Assembly (NCBI GenBank): GCA_963827165.1
Contig: CAWGZR010000005.1
Coordinates: 416,001 to 480,000, forward strand
Reading direction: 5' to 3'
Source of the DNA: Candidatus Bathyarchaeota archaeon
GTDB taxonomy: Archaea > Thermoproteota > Bathyarchaeia > Bathyarchaeales > Bathycorpusculaceae
Length of the DNA: 64,000 nt
The notes beneath the pieces were generated by a model, which was given only the letters and a program-made list of their open reading frames with translations, had not been told where the DNA came from and searched no databases. Position 1 is the first letter of the stretch. Every line of letters begins with the position of its first letter. Positions 38,696-50,428 of the stretch are shown here, piece after piece. The position numbers and the translations under genes are program-made.

Positions 38696-38926
38696 GGCTT
38701 TATCTTGCCCCGAGCAATCTATAGAAAAAAATTAATGCTTGAAGCATAAACGAGATTACTAGTCAGGTGGGTTCGAATCGAATCCTTTTTCCCAATTAGA
38801 ATTTTATAAGAATCTTGGAGAAAGAATTTCAGTCCAATATTTAGTATTTGGCAAAGCATTCTTGAGTGCTCTGCTCTGGATATCAGACCAAAACGCTTTA
38901 GTTATAATTTAGCCTACTTTGAAAGC

Positions 38927-39328
38927 ATGATTGCTATCAGACGCCCTTTGTATCTAACGCGTTTTAAAAAGGATGTTTCGGGCGCCCGAAAGCACCTTCT
39001 TGAGGCTGATTATGTTCAAGCGTCGGAAGATGTTTGGGGAGCTTTCTCTTCGTTAGTAAATGCTTGATCAATAGTAGAGGTTGCGTCGGTTGCAGTAAAG
39101 AAGGAAAAATTTGCTGAATTGTTTCAACTTTTAATTAAGGAAGATTCCAATTTGAAACAGTCATTGCTTGAGTCACACTTTGATAATCCATTACATTTTG
39201 CTTCAAAAGCAGAAGGCTTACATCTTTACTTTTTGGGGAAAATGGATTACCCAGAAGACTTCATGAAATCTACATTAGAAGACTGTTTAAGAGTGCTCGA
39301 AGAAGTGGAGAAAGTTGTGGTCAAATAA
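38927..39328 (+). pseudogene. PaREP1/HEPN-like gene with in-frame TGA at 39065
   Basis: ADYVQASEDVWGA before the stop and AEGLHLYF after it, same frame. Confidence 0.65.
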
Positions 39329-39891
39329 TTTAAGTAATTGAACGAATTGATCGTTGCTAAATCGCTAAGCCCAAAGTAATTGAACGCAGTCCTGTATTCG
39401 TAATATTCTACCAAAACCGCATTTTGAGACAGATTGAGCTTAATTCTTGAAAACAATGTAAGAATGTTCCGTATTGAATCGAAATCGCCCATTAGCAGCT
39501 TGCCATCTTGATTAACTTGTGATAGAAGTCCATCAAAGGTTAACAACGAATCAAGAAGCATAGAGTAAAGATTGTTGTCTATAAGATTACGTTTTTTCAG
39601 CTCTGCGATAACTTGAGGAGTTTGGGCTTTATCTGTTAGTGGTTCGCCAAGAGCACCCGCAACTCGTTCGAAGCTGTCGAATAGTTGCCTATCAACGGAG
39701 TTTATAGTGCTTACATACTGCCCGCCGCCAAAAGTGCTCATTGTCCTTTGAACATTAATGTTTGGAAAAACTGCGCTTTCTGTGCTTACAAACGATTTAA
39801 GGACAAAAATGTTCTGGGCAAGGCTATGAATGTATTTGGCATTTTCTTTCTGACAAAAATTGCTAAATAAAAGAGGCGAGTATGTTGACAT
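39247..39891 (-). CDS. Hypothetical protein (AT-rich islet)
   Basis: Long ORF; 3' end overlaps the convergent PaREP1-like gene by 82 bp. Confidence 0.6.
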   Translation of the reverse strand: MSTYSPLLFSNFCQKENAKYIHSLAQNIFVLKSFVSTESAVFPNINVQRTMSTFGGGQYVSTINSVDRQLFDSFERVAGALGEPLTDKAQTPQVIAELKKRNLIDNNLYSMLLDSLLTFDGLLSQVNQDGKLLMGDFDSIRNILTLFSRIKLNLSQNAVLVEYYEYRTAFNYFGLSDLATINSFNYLNYLTTTFSTSSSTLKQSSNVDFMKSSG

Positions 39892-39905
39892 AAACGTTAT
39901 TCGCC

Positions 39906-40331
39906 TTAAACAGCGCGTTTCCAACTGACTATAGGCGACCAATTAACAACATAAGCAGGCTCATTAAGTTCATTTTTGTAATTCAAATTAACAGCAGCCA
40001 TTGAAGGTATCGCTTTTAGGGTAACCACGAAGGAGCCTTTTGTTGTTTCTACTTTAGTGTCTGAGGAGGCCAGAGTAAATTTGACGATATCAACAATTTG
40101 CCATCCATAGGTCGGTTGTTCACCTGTTTGGAGAAGAGGTTTGTCTTTCACCATTTCCGATGCTTTTGCCCCGATTTTTGTTATCGCAATTCCTCCAGCA
40201 TGTTTCACGAGAATATTTACTCCGCCAAATACAGAGAAACCGCCCTCACGTGCATCTATAATACTTACAGCAACTTTCAGAACCGAACCATCCACCAATT
40301 CTACTGAACCGTCAACACTATTGCAACTCAT
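39906..40331 (-). CDS. Hypothetical beta-rich protein (AT-rich islet)
   Basis: ORF co-oriented with the downstream gene, 14-bp gap. Confidence 0.7.
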   Translation of the reverse strand: MSCNSVDGSVELVDGSVLKVAVSIIDAREGGFSVFGGVNILVKHAGGIAITKIGAKASEMVKDKPLLQTGEQPTYGWQIVDIVKFTLASSDTKVETTKGSFVVTLKAIPSMAAVNLNYKNELNEPAYVVNWSPIVSWKRAV

Positions 40332-40714
40332 TGTAACCACTTTATTAATAAATGGATTCAAAAACTATTAAAAACTTTGTCTGTAAAACAATGTAAGTAC
40401 TGACAGGATATTTTCGTTCTATCTAATTTTATTGCCTTATTACCTTTTTTCCTTTTTTTTCAACCATTAAGCTTAAGGAATTTGTGCCTTTTTGCGTGAA
40501 TTGACTTGGGATATCGCCGAAGCTTCAAAACCTGATTTTAGCATTGAAGCCCAACGGGTTTGAATTGTTCGCTTCAAGCCGCTTGATAATCTTTCGGGAA
40601 ATGTTTTGGCGGAATGAAAAGGCCAATTTCAACAATTAGCAGTATTGTTCAACAGTCTTAAAATCTCGAACCAGAATCTCAAAACTTATATAATGAGATT
40701 TAATAAACGAGATA

Positions 40715-40933
40715 GTGGTGAAAAGAATGACCCTCACTTTGGAAGCAAAATTAATTGGAAGCGCCGCAGCCTACGCCGTTGCGGTCTTATTGTTGTTTGA
40801 GCTTGTCATCGCTAACAGTATCCTACCTAGCGTCTACGTCGCAACTGTTATCGCATCCTTCGCTGTCTTGATAGGATTGATCTACACATTTTACAGAACG
40901 AAAAAACGCGAACGCCTCATGTTCCACCTCTAA
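40715..40933 (+). CDS. Small 2-TM membrane protein
   Basis: Two hydrophobic helices and basic tail; TATA-like TTATATAA upstream. Confidence 0.65.
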   Translation: MVKRMTLTLEAKLIGSAAAYAVAVLLLFELVIANSILPSVYVATVIASFAVLIGLIYTFYRTKKRERLMFHL

Positions 40934-41188
40934 CCAGGATTAAAAAGCTGTAGGTGGCGTCCTTATCGCTTGGATAGTAGCTTTGCTCTTCGCCGACATT
41001 TTCCGGTTAAGACACCTAAAACCCAGACAAACAAAAGAAGTAAGATAGGCCTAAAATCGGGAACTAAATGAAGCTTCCTTTCCCTTTTTATGATGCTATT
41101 ATTGTCTGAGCCAACTTTGATCCCACTCGCGTTTAGAAAAACTCGAATTATGGATAATTTTATATCTAAATCAAATATTATTTTGATT

Positions 41189-41401
41189 ATGAGCGGGCTT
41201 GGCAAGATGGAAAAGATGGCTGAAGGCATCAGTGACTTCGGTGATTTTAAAGCTATTTTGTTTAGGACATCTAATGGTCGCCATTTCGTCAGGTTTGAGC
41301 CTTTGGGTGGTCATGAAAATGCACATGTTGAGTGGCTCAACGGCGATGATCATTTGGAATGGCTCAGATGCTGGGACCACGAGTCAACCGTTGAAAAGTA
41401 G
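41189..41401 (+). CDS. Small hypothetical protein
   Basis: ORF with TTTATAT box about 25 bp upstream of ATG 41189. Confidence 0.45.
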   Translation: MSGLGKMEKMAEGISDFGDFKAILFRTSNGRHFVRFEPLGGHENAHVEWLNGDDHLEWLRCWDHESTVEK

Positions 41402-41499
41402 GGAAAGTTTCAGTTGCAAAGTCACTTTGCAGATTGACCCCAAAAGAAGAAGAATGGAGTAAATATAGAAAACCGTTTGCCATCTAGAAATTATTAGGG

Positions 41500-43350
41500 C
41501 TATTCAGTCATGTATGTTATGTCGTCCCATGGATGTCTATAGAGTCCTTGTTTCAGCCGTTTCTGGTCGAGAAAGTGGGCTGTCATGCCGATGGTTCTGC
41601 CTACCACGAAAAGGCCGTTGAGGGCGCCCATCTTGATGTATTCGTCGGCTTCCTGCTTCGGCAGCTCGTTTCGCAGCATGTCGACAAAGCATATTCCGAT
41701 GCATCCATCCACGTTTAGGATGAGGTTGTCTTTTTTAGCGGTGGTGATTTTCTCCACTTCCAGCGCATAATCCAAGAGGGGCGTTGACTTGAAATGTTTC
41801 TTTGCGTACTCCTTGAGGATGGTTACGCGCATGTCAGGGTTGTTTATGCTTTTTATTAGGTGACCGATGCCCTGGATATTTTCGCCTTTCCGCTTCATTT
41901 CCTCAACAAACTCGGCTGGACTCAAACCCCTGTCGTAGGCTTCAGAGAAGCTTTGTGCTGCGCCGTCGATGGCTCCTCCGAACCTTGGTCCGATGGTGAG
42001 CATGCCGCTTGCAACTGAGGAAACCAGGTCCTTGCCTGCACGGGCTGCAACTATGGTGTTGTGGGCGCCTGAAACTGCGGGTCCATGGTCAGCCGTAACC
42101 ATGATTGCCATCTCGATGAATTTGGTTGCATAAGCGGGAAGCTGACGCTTAAACCACAGGATGCTTAGTACTCCGCCGATTCCAATGTCTTTTTTGAAGA
42201 CTTCGGAGATAGGCACATTCCCATAAAGTAGTTCTTCGCCTCGATCGTCGGATATGGTACAGATGAAGTTTGAGGGTTTTCTGATTACGCCTTCCTTTAA
42301 CGCTTTAGCATAGTCCATCGGGATTCTTGGTTTTGGAGGTTCAGACTTTGGCTTGATTACGCATTCTCGGACAAGTTTTTCGTATGTTTCTTTTATTTTT
42401 TGGCCGTAGTCGTCGTATGAGTTGGGAACTATTGCGCCCGCTTGTCTAAGAGCTGAATTTTTTGCATCAGCGGTTTCTGATTCGCAGCCTGCTTTGGCGC
42501 CTGCATGCCCGAATTGGACTTCGGTTTTGAATGCTTTAGAGCAGGTTCCTGTAACCCAAATGACAAGAGGCTTAGTGATTTTCTTTGTTTTAAGAGCCGC
42601 GGCAATCTCGTATTCTCCGCTGCCCCCTACTTCGCCAAGAGCAACGAGCATCTTGATTTCTGGGATGGCTTCGAACCTCAAGAGGTGCTCTAGCAATGTT
42701 GAGCCTGGGTATGTATCTCCGCCGATCGCTATGCCTTCGTATAGTCCGTCTGTGTTTCTGGCGATAATGTTGTAAGCCTCGTTGCTTAAGCCGCCTGATT
42801 TGGAAACAAAACCCACCGAGCCTGGTGTGTGAAGTTTGGATTCGACGATATTTTCTATGGTGCCGCCGGCATTGCCGATTTTGAAGCAGCCTGCTTTTAT
42901 GCCGCCGACAGTCGCGGGGCCAATGATGACTTTCCCAAGAGCCTTTGCTTTTGCGGTAAGCAACTTCATCCGCCGCTCAGGCACCCCTTCGGCGATTATC
43001 ACAACTGTTCTGATTTGAGGTATCGCCAAGGCTTCCTCAGTTGAAGAAGCGGCTGACCTAAAAGACGCAAAGTTTATCATCACGTCAACTTTGGGATGCG
43101 TCTGTGCTGCTTTCTCAAGGGTTTTATACATTGGCAGCAGGATTTCGCGTTTACCGAAAAAGAACTTTGAGTAGCTGTCTGAGCCTGTCGGGTTGATTAT
43201 TGCCGCAACAGATGGCGTCTTGCGTCCGGAAGCATAGTCGAAATCCAGCATCCTCTGAGTTGCTGCTGCCTGGTTATTGTAGATGAACGATTGGGTATCT
43301 TTGTCGAATAATTCGTTTGGGTTAGCCTTCTTGGTTGGATCTGTCGCCAT
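41500..43350 (-). CDS. aclA: ATP citrate lyase alpha subunit
   Basis: [24 protein letters not shown] (phospho-His), [26 protein letters not shown]. Confidence 0.94.
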   Translation of the reverse strand: MATDPTKKANPNELFDKDTQSFIYNNQAAATQRMLDFDYASGRKTPSVAAIINPTGSDSYSKFFFGKREILLPMYKTLEKAAQTHPKVDVMINFASFRSAASSTEEALAIPQIRTVVIIAEGVPERRMKLLTAKAKALGKVIIGPATVGGIKAGCFKIGNAGGTIENIVESKLHTPGSVGFVSKSGGLSNEAYNIIARNTDGLYEGIAIGGDTYPGSTLLEHLLRFEAIPEIKMLVALGEVGGSGEYEIAAALKTKKITKPLVIWVTGTCSKAFKTEVQFGHAGAKAGCESETADAKNSALRQAGAIVPNSYDDYGQKIKETYEKLVRECVIKPKSEPPKPRIPMDYAKALKEGVIRKPSNFICTISDDRGEELLYGNVPISEVFKKDIGIGGVLSILWFKRQLPAYATKFIEMAIMVTADHGPAVSGAHNTIVAARAGKDLVSSVASGMLTIGPRFGGAIDGAAQSFSEAYDRGLSPAEFVEEMKRKGENIQGIGHLIKSINNPDMRVTILKEYAKKHFKSTPLLDYALEVEKITTAKKDNLILNVDGCIGICFVDMLRNELPKQEADEYIKMGALNGLFVVGRTIGMTAHFLDQKRLKQGLYRHPWDDITYMTE

Positions 43351-43351
43351 T

Positions 43352-44665
43352 TTATTTTGCTCCTTTAAGAGCCATTGAAACGATTTTGGTCATATGGGTT
43401 TCTGGCCCGTAAACTTCAATTGGAACGCCAAGCTTCTCGCCCAACTCTCTCATCTGGCACAAACCTTCTTGATAGTTCGGTCCACCTCTGCGAACGTATA
43501 TCTTAACCTTGTTCTCCTGCAGATCCTTCTGAAATTCCTTGAGCGCTTTTATTATACCTTTGAAAGTGGCTGCGACATCGGTGAAATTCGCGATTCCTCC
43601 GCCGATTAGCAGGAACTTGCCCTTCGGGTTTGGTTTTCTAGTCATAAGTTCAAGAATTGTTTTGGCGTAGAGATACGTGAATTCCTCGCTTGGATCCCCA
43701 GAATATTCGCCGTAATTAGCCAGTTCATTCATGAAGCCCAGGTCTGTGATTGTGTCGGCGTAGATTACTGAGGCACCGCCGCCTGCCACCATCGTCCAGA
43801 CTCTTCCTTCCGAATTGAGAACCGTGAGTTTGAGAGAAGCCCCTGTTTTTGAATCCAAGTCTTCGATGAAAGTTTCTTCCTTACTTGAAACTCTTCCGAA
43901 AGGCGCTGGAAACTCGATTTTACCCCATTTGCAGCCGCTTTCAAATTCCGCGGTGCTGTCCAACTTGGCGGCAAGATCTAATGGAATAATTGTGTCTTTG
44001 GTTACTACAAGTGGATTTATCTCTAAATATGTGAAGTTTAGGTCTGCATAGAATTTGAAGAGCGCTTCGATGAAACCTGCAAGGTGGCTTTTGCAAATAG
44101 CTGGAACTTTTTCTAAGAGTTTTTTCTGGATTTCTGAGGAGGTCGGGTATGTGCCTATGAGTACTTCTAGGCGCGCTGCTTTGCTGTCTACATCTCCGAC
44201 GTTTACTCCGCCTTCGTTGTAAAACAGGATGGTGTCGCCGTATTTGGAAGAAGTAATGGCAAGGTAGCATTCATCTGAATCTTTGTGGGGTGTCAGCGGC
44301 TCGATGATGAAGTGAGTCAGCTTTCCGACGGTTCCTTTGCCTGTGGGTTTGCCGTCTGAGTCGAAGCTGCCGTACACGGTTATCGGCGCTTTAGACTCCT
44401 CGTCTATCCAAGCCTTGGCTTGGGCGTAGTCTGCGTCGACAAGGATAAGCTTGTTTTTTCCTCGTCGTTTTATCAGTTGGTCGGGTTTAACTACCAACCT
44501 TTCAGTATTCAACCACTTATATTGATTGGGCAGTTTAGCCAAATCAGTGTCTGGTCCTACGCTGACAATTTTGTCTGAAACAGTATATTTCCCATCAGAA
44601 TATTCTTTTAGCAAACGCGCCAACATGCATTTACCGTCAGCTTCTCTGATCGCTTTATGAGCCAT
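43352..44665 (-). CDS. aclB: ATP citrate lyase beta subunit
   Basis: [51 protein letters not shown]. Confidence 0.94.
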   Translation of the reverse strand: MAHKAIREADGKCMLARLLKEYSDGKYTVSDKIVSVGPDTDLAKLPNQYKWLNTERLVVKPDQLIKRRGKNKLILVDADYAQAKAWIDEESKAPITVYGSFDSDGKPTGKGTVGKLTHFIIEPLTPHKDSDECYLAITSSKYGDTILFYNEGGVNVGDVDSKAARLEVLIGTYPTSSEIQKKLLEKVPAICKSHLAGFIEALFKFYADLNFTYLEINPLVVTKDTIIPLDLAAKLDSTAEFESGCKWGKIEFPAPFGRVSSKEETFIEDLDSKTGASLKLTVLNSEGRVWTMVAGGGASVIYADTITDLGFMNELANYGEYSGDPSEEFTYLYAKTILELMTRKPNPKGKFLLIGGGIANFTDVAATFKGIIKALKEFQKDLQENKVKIYVRRGGPNYQEGLCQMRELGEKLGVPIEVYGPETHMTKIVSMALKGAK

Positions 44666-44676
44666 TCACATTCCCT

Positions 44677-45909
44677 TCATTGAAACGTCTTTAGTCGTTT
44701 TGCAACCTCAGCGATGAATTCCTCGGTATATACCTGACGGTTTTTCGGGTTTGGCGTTGAAACCTGCATCAAATCGCCAGTTAGAATGCCGCTTTCAACT
44801 GTCTGCAAAGCTGCCATCTCCAGGTTCTTTGCGAATTCAACGACTTCAGGCGTATTGTCTAGTTCGCCTCTTTTTGTTAGGCAGCCGCTCCAAGCGAATA
44901 TCAGAGCCATTGGATTGCTTGATGTTTTTTCGCCTTTGAGATATTTGTAGTAGTGTTTTTGAACGGTACCGTGTGATGCTTCAAACTCGTAGTATCCCTG
45001 CGGGCTGACGAGGACGGATGTCATCATGGCTAAGCTCCCGTAGGCTGACCCTAACATGTCGCTCATTACGTCGCCGTCGTAGTTCTTGCAAGCCCAAAGC
45101 AACCCGCCTTCAGACTTCATTATTCTAGCAACTGCGTCGTCGATTAGAGTAAAGAAGTAATCGAGCCCCGCTTGTTCAAATTTGACTTTCCAGTTCTTTT
45201 GGTATTCTTCCTCGAATATCTTGCGGAACTGTCCGTCATAAGTCTTGGAGATTGTATCTTTAGCGCCGAACCACAAGTGAAGTTTCTGGTCGTACGCGTA
45301 GGTGAAGCAGGCTTTGGCGAAGCTTTCGATGGATTTGTCAGTGTTATGAATGCCCTGGATGATTCCTGGACCCTTGAAGTCATGGATTGTTCCGCGGAAT
45401 AGCTCCTTGCCTGCTAAGTTTGTGAATGTCAATTCGGCTTTTCCTGCTTCTGGAACACGAAACTCAAGGTTTTTGTAAACGTCACCGTAGGCGTGTCGTC
45501 CGATATGGATTGGTTTTTTCCATGAGCGGACTGCAGGCGGAATGTTACTGACTAAAATTGGCGCACGAAACACAGTACCATCCAATGCGGCGCGAATGGT
45601 GCCGTTGGGGCTGCTCCATTCTTTCTTGAGATTGTACTCTTTCACGCGGTCTTTGTTAGGGGTGATGGTGGCGCATTTGACGCCGACACCGTATTTCTTT
45701 ATGGCTTCTGCCGCTTCGAGGGTTATTTTGTCATCTGTTTCGTCCCTTACTTTGAGCTGCAGGTCATAATAGGCAAGGTTGAGGTCCATATAGGGTAGAA
45801 GAAGCTGATCCTTTACCATGTGCCACATTATGCGGGTCATTTCGTCGCCGTCCATCTCGACGATGGGGGTCTTCACTTTTATCTTGGTCATTTCTGCATC
45901 CTCCTTCAA
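44677..45909 (-). CDS. icd: NADP-dependent isocitrate dehydrogenase (type II, eukaryote/bacteria-like)
   Basis: [31 protein letters not shown]. Confidence 0.94.
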   Translation of the reverse strand: MKEDAEMTKIKVKTPIVEMDGDEMTRIMWHMVKDQLLLPYMDLNLAYYDLQLKVRDETDDKITLEAAEAIKKYGVGVKCATITPNKDRVKEYNLKKEWSSPNGTIRAALDGTVFRAPILVSNIPPAVRSWKKPIHIGRHAYGDVYKNLEFRVPEAGKAELTFTNLAGKELFRGTIHDFKGPGIIQGIHNTDKSIESFAKACFTYAYDQKLHLWFGAKDTISKTYDGQFRKIFEEEYQKNWKVKFEQAGLDYFFTLIDDAVARIMKSEGGLLWACKNYDGDVMSDMLGSAYGSLAMMTSVLVSPQGYYEFEASHGTVQKHYYKYLKGEKTSSNPMALIFAWSGCLTKRGELDNTPEVVEFAKNLEMAALQTVESGILTGDLMQVSTPNPKNRQVYTEEFIAEVAKRLKTFQ

Positions 45910-47852
45910 TTTTGCTTGACTGTGTATGGAAGCAAGCCGCCCGCGAAAAGAATGTCTTTTTGTCTCTGTGAAAGATTGTAGACGAGTTCGATTTCCAGTT
46001 TCTTGGTTTTGTCCAATAGAATTACTTGTTGGTTGTTTTGCAGTTTCTTTTTGATGTCGGGAATTTCGATTTCGTCGCCTTGATCCAACTTGTCATAGTC
46101 AGCCATGTTCTTGAACGACAAAGAGACTATGCCGAAGTTCACAAGGTTAGCCGCGTGGATACGCTCCACAGATTTGGCTATTATTGCTTTAACGCCGAGA
46201 TACATCGGGCACAGTGCAGCGTGTTCTCTTGAGCTCCCTTGACCGTACGATTCGCCCGCAACTATGACCGTGTGAAGTCCCTTTTTCTTGGCGTCCATTG
46301 CTCTTTTTGGGAAAGCGGGATCGATCGGTTCGAAAACGTATTCCGAATACTTGGGCACGTTAGACCTGTACTTTAGCCTGGCTCCAGCAGGCATTATATG
46401 GTCGGTTGTAATTTTATCCCCGACCTTTATTCCGACAACGCCTTTTATCTGCTCGGGCATTTCATCGTTTGTTGGGGGCGCCCCGATGTTTGGTCCTCGG
46501 GCGACTTCAACGGTTCTGTCAGCGTCTTTTGGGAAAATAAACATGGAGTCGTCAACGAGGAATTTTATTGGCATGTTAACTTTCGGGTACTCGAGGCCTG
46601 TTTTTCTTGGGTCGGTGAATTTGCCAGTGATCGCGGCAACGGCTGCTACTTCGGGGCTTACAAGATAGACCTGGGCGTCGGCGGTGCCGCTTCTTCCCTC
46701 AAAGTTTCGGTTGCTTGTCCTTAGAGACACGCCAGCCGATTGAGGGCTTTGGCTGTTGCCAATGCAGAATCCACAGGTTGCCTCAAGAAGTCTAGCTCCA
46801 GAATCCAGCAGATCAACGATGTAACCGTCCCTTGCCGCCATTTGAAGAACCTGCCGTGAACCAGGTGCGACTCCGAAGGAAACATCGGGATGAACTTTTT
46901 TGCCTTTCATTATCTTGGCTATGGTGGCTATTTCTTTGTAGGATGAGTTGGTGCATGATCCAAGCATGACTTGGTCGACTTTGATGTCTTTCATGTCGCT
47001 TACACGGACCACGTTCCCTGGGCTGTGGGGCGCCGCTGCAAGAGGCTCCAATTGGGAGAGGTCAAGGTCAACGACTTTGTCGTATTCTGCATCGCCGTCG
47101 GCTTTTAGTTCAACCCAATCTGCTTCCCTACCCTGTGCTTTAAGGAACTTTTTGGTCTCCTCGTCTGAGGGAAAGATAGAGGTGGTAACGCCCATCTCCG
47201 CGCCCATGTTTGTGATTGTGGCTCGCTCTGGAACTGTGAGGCTTTTAACACCGGGTCCAGCATATTCCATGACGACGCCAACGTTACCTTTCACCGTGAA
47301 TATTTCCAGCATCTTGAGGACTACATCTTTTGCAGTAACCCATGGTTGAAGGCTGCCCGTCAGGTTTATCTTGTAGATCTTCGGGCAAGTTAAGTAGAAT
47401 TCGCCTCCGCCCATCGCAACTGCGACATCCAAGCCTCCTGCGCCAATAGCCACCATACCGATACCTCCCCCGGTAGTTGTGTGGCTGTCAGAGCCTAGGA
47501 GCGTTTTGCCAGGTTTCCCGAACCGTTCAAGATGGACTTGATGGCAGATTCCGTTTCCAGCCTTTGAGTAAACGATCCCGTATTTGGCGGCTACCGTTTG
47601 GAGGTACTTGTGGTCGTCTGCGTTCTCAAAGCCTACTTGAATTGTATTGTGGTCGACGTAGCTTACGGAAAGCTCGGTCTTTACTTGTTTAAGACCCATT
47701 GCTTCGAACTGTAGGTAAGCCATTGTCCCAGTGGCATCCTGAGTTAGGGTTTGGTCAATTTTTATGCCAATCTCATTTCCCGGAACGTACTGACCTACTG
47801 CAAGGTGGTTTTCAAGTATTTTTCTGGCTAGGGACTTTCCCATAGATGACAC
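45906..47852 (-). CDS. acn: Aconitate hydratase
   Basis: [47 protein letters not shown]. Confidence 0.94.
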   Translation of the reverse strand: MSSMGKSLARKILENHLAVGQYVPGNEIGIKIDQTLTQDATGTMAYLQFEAMGLKQVKTELSVSYVDHNTIQVGFENADDHKYLQTVAAKYGIVYSKAGNGICHQVHLERFGKPGKTLLGSDSHTTTGGGIGMVAIGAGGLDVAVAMGGGEFYLTCPKIYKINLTGSLQPWVTAKDVVLKMLEIFTVKGNVGVVMEYAGPGVKSLTVPERATITNMGAEMGVTTSIFPSDEETKKFLKAQGREADWVELKADGDAEYDKVVDLDLSQLEPLAAAPHSPGNVVRVSDMKDIKVDQVMLGSCTNSSYKEIATIAKIMKGKKVHPDVSFGVAPGSRQVLQMAARDGYIVDLLDSGARLLEATCGFCIGNSQSPQSAGVSLRTSNRNFEGRSGTADAQVYLVSPEVAAVAAITGKFTDPRKTGLEYPKVNMPIKFLVDDSMFIFPKDADRTVEVARGPNIGAPPTNDEMPEQIKGVVGIKVGDKITTDHIMPAGARLKYRSNVPKYSEYVFEPIDPAFPKRAMDAKKKGLHTVIVAGESYGQGSSREHAALCPMYLGVKAIIAKSVERIHAANLVNFGIVSLSFKNMADYDKLDQGDEIEIPDIKKKLQNNQQVILLDKTKKLEIELVYNLSQRQKDILFAGGLLPYTVKQN

Positions 47853-48125
47853 GTCCTTTGGAAAGGTTTGTTTTTCTTAAGCGTATATAAATGTTGTCAA
47901 TTTAGAGGAGAGCCGCATCCCCGTATTTACTTAATCCGATTTTCCCCACAATAATTGCGACTCAAAAAACGCCGCCTAAAGAGATTGAATCTTTTTGAGC
48001 GTTTCACTACTTTTGAGCTGAATATTAGCATAACACGAAGCGGTCGGACATGCATCCACTGAGATATCCTAGCAAAAACTAAATTCTCAGGATGTAATTA
48101 TTTGACAGACGCCTTGGTGAAGTGA

Positions 48126-49304
48126 ATGAAAGTTCTATTAAACGACGGAATGGATGAAGAAGGGATAAGACTTTTCAGAAACGCAGGAATCGAGACAGAC
48201 AATGACAAGCGTGATCCAAAGTCTCTTGTTGAGCAAATCGGGGAATTCGATGCTATAGTTGTGCGGAGCGCGACTGTGGTGACAAGGGAAGTGATTGATG
48301 CTGGTGTCAAGGGAAAGTTGAAGGTTGTAGGGAGGGCTGGAGTAGGCACAGACAACATTGACATCAAAGCTGCAGTTGAAAACGGTGTCATAGTTAAGTC
48401 GGCGCCGTTTGGAAACACGAACGCCACAGCCGAGTTGGCACTCGCGTTGATGTTAAGCATTTCAAGGAGGGTAGCGCAAGGGCATCATTCTTTGAAAAAG
48501 GGTGTTTGGAGAAAGAAGTGTTTCGAAGGTACAGAACTTTCCGGCAAGACAATGGGCATAATTGGTTGCGGTAGAATTGGGCAGAAATTAAGTGAGCTTG
48601 CAGTTGGCTTCAACATGGAAACTATAGGCTATGACCCAATTGTTAAGGTCAGCTCCAGAATAAAACTTGTGTCAAAAGAAGAGGTTCTATCACAGGCTGA
48701 TTATGTTAGCATCCACGTAAACGGAAACGAAAACGTGATTGGAGAGAAGGAGTTGTGGTTGATGAAGCCGAACGCCTATTTGATTAACACTGCGCGTGGA
48801 CGAAACGTAGACGCGAAGGCGCTGTATAAAGCGCTCAAAAGCGGAAGCATAGCGGGGGCAGCCCTAGATGTTTTTGAGGATGAACCCTCACAAGAAAATT
48901 CAAAATTTGCAAACCCTCTGCGCCGGTTGGACAACATTGTCTTTACTCCCCATTTAGGAGCATCCACCGTGGAGGCACAGATGAAAACGTCTATGGAAAT
49001 GGCAAGAGTTATTGTTGATTACCTATTGCACGGGGATTTCTCGAACGCGGTAAACGTAGGAGAAAGCATCGAGTTGGAGGAAAGACCATTCTATCCTCTT
49101 TTCGTTTACCATGTTGACAAACCGGGGATGTTTGCTAAGATTGACAAGGTCCTTGCGGACAACGGCGTGAACATAAGGGAGAACCCGTCCCGCCAGATAG
49201 GGCAAGGATGCGCCATTGCCATTTACCTCGTACATCAGAGAGTCGGGCAAGGAGTTATAGACGAATTAAACAGGCTAGAAGGCGTCATCAGAGCCACGAC
49301 TTAA
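48126..49304 (+). CDS. serA: D-3-phosphoglycerate dehydrogenase-like protein with C-terminal ACT domain
   Basis: GRAGVGTDNID, GCGRIG, INTARG, TPHLGAST, HVDKPG. Confidence 0.8.
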   Translation: MKVLLNDGMDEEGIRLFRNAGIETDNDKRDPKSLVEQIGEFDAIVVRSATVVTREVIDAGVKGKLKVVGRAGVGTDNIDIKAAVENGVIVKSAPFGNTNATAELALALMLSISRRVAQGHHSLKKGVWRKKCFEGTELSGKTMGIIGCGRIGQKLSELAVGFNMETIGYDPIVKVSSRIKLVSKEEVLSQADYVSIHVNGNENVIGEKELWLMKPNAYLINTARGRNVDAKALYKALKSGSIAGAALDVFEDEPSQENSKFANPLRRLDNIVFTPHLGASTVEAQMKTSMEMARVIVDYLLHGDFSNAVNVGESIELEERPFYPLFVYHVDKPGMFAKIDKVLADNGVNIRENPSRQIGQGCAIAIYLVHQRVGQGVIDELNRLEGVIRATT

Positions 49305-49888
49305 GAAGAAAAAAAGCTCTCTGAAAAATCTGACCCACTAGCCTACCTTAAGCCGATTTACCTGCAAAAAGTCTTGTTTTTGTTGTTGCTGACCGATGAC
49401 CACAAAGAAATATTAACACTACTGAGAATCTTTCTTTGTAACTAAGAAAAAAGTCATCGTCGTTCTTTGATTTTGAATCGTTTCATTCTATGGATTGCTG
49501 AGTCGGTTGAGTGATTTTTTGACAGAAATTATAATAAAGGTTAAACAACCCTTCAACAGCGTGGATTCAATCATATTTGAAGCAGCCCTAACCCTTAATG
49601 CAATCGAAACCCTTAACAAACAGCGTCAATACGTTAGCTGACCCGCATTTTAGTTCCGAATAAGCGTGATTAGTATGGAAAGCCAGGGAAGCCACACTTT
49701 AAACCTGCTTTGGTAATACTGTCCAATCTTTTTTTTCTGATTCGCTAACTTATATAAGCCACATGGCTTCCTCTGCTTATTCAATGTTCCAGCATATTCT
49801 TCGGAACTGTGAGTCACCACGGCAAGTTTTGGAAAATAGTAGATTTGCCGCGTCGGAAGACTTCCAAAAATAGGGGGTAGGAAGAAAC

Positions 49889-50428
49889 TTGGGATGGCAT
49901 CAAGAAAAAGAGAATAACACGATTTGGGTAAGCCGAGAGTTTTCAAAATGTAGTGGCTGCCGAAAATGTGAAATCGCATGTTCTCTTGAAAAAGAAAACA
50001 AAATTTGGCCAGAAGCGTCGAGGGTTCGTGTTTTTATGTTGGTTCCGGGCGCCGAGTTTCCCCATCTTTGCACTCAATGTGAAGATTATCCCTGCGTCGA
50101 AGTCTGTCCTTTTAAGGCTCTCGGCGTCAACAAGGATACCAGCGCCGTCACAATTGAAGTAGAAAAGTGCATAGGCTGCGGAAAATGCATCGATGCATGC
50201 CCAGGAAAAGTCCCTCATATTCACCCGAAAACCAAGAAGATTTTGATTTGCGATCTTTGCGGCGGCGACCCAAAATGTGCCAAAGTTTGCCACGACGGTG
50301 GTTGGAACTGCCTAAAAGTTGTTGCTCGGGGAGACAGAGAGTTTAAACTATATTCCCGAACACCTGAGGAAACCTCACGGAACCTGGCAGTGAAAATGTA
50401 CGGTGAAAAAGCGGAGGAATTTATGTAA
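49889..50428 (+). CDS. 4Fe-4S polyferredoxin, small subunit of WOR5-type oxidoreductase
   Basis: Four Cys cluster motifs, IWPEASRVRV; 1-bp overlap with the large-subunit gene. Confidence 0.9.
   Translation: MGWHQEKENNTIWVSREFSKCSGCRKCEIACSLEKENKIWPEASRVRVFMLVPGAEFPHLCTQCEDYPCVEVCPFKALGVNKDTSAVTIEVEKCIGCGKCIDACPGKVPHIHPKTKKILICDLCGGDPKCAKVCHDGGWNCLKVVARGDREFKLYSRTPEETSRNLAVKMYGEKAEEFM

Noticed and set aside
39065-39067. Selenocysteine at the in-frame TGA
   Set aside because: PaREP1-like proteins are not known redox selenoproteins and no SECIS-like element was recognised; a nonsense mutation is simpler
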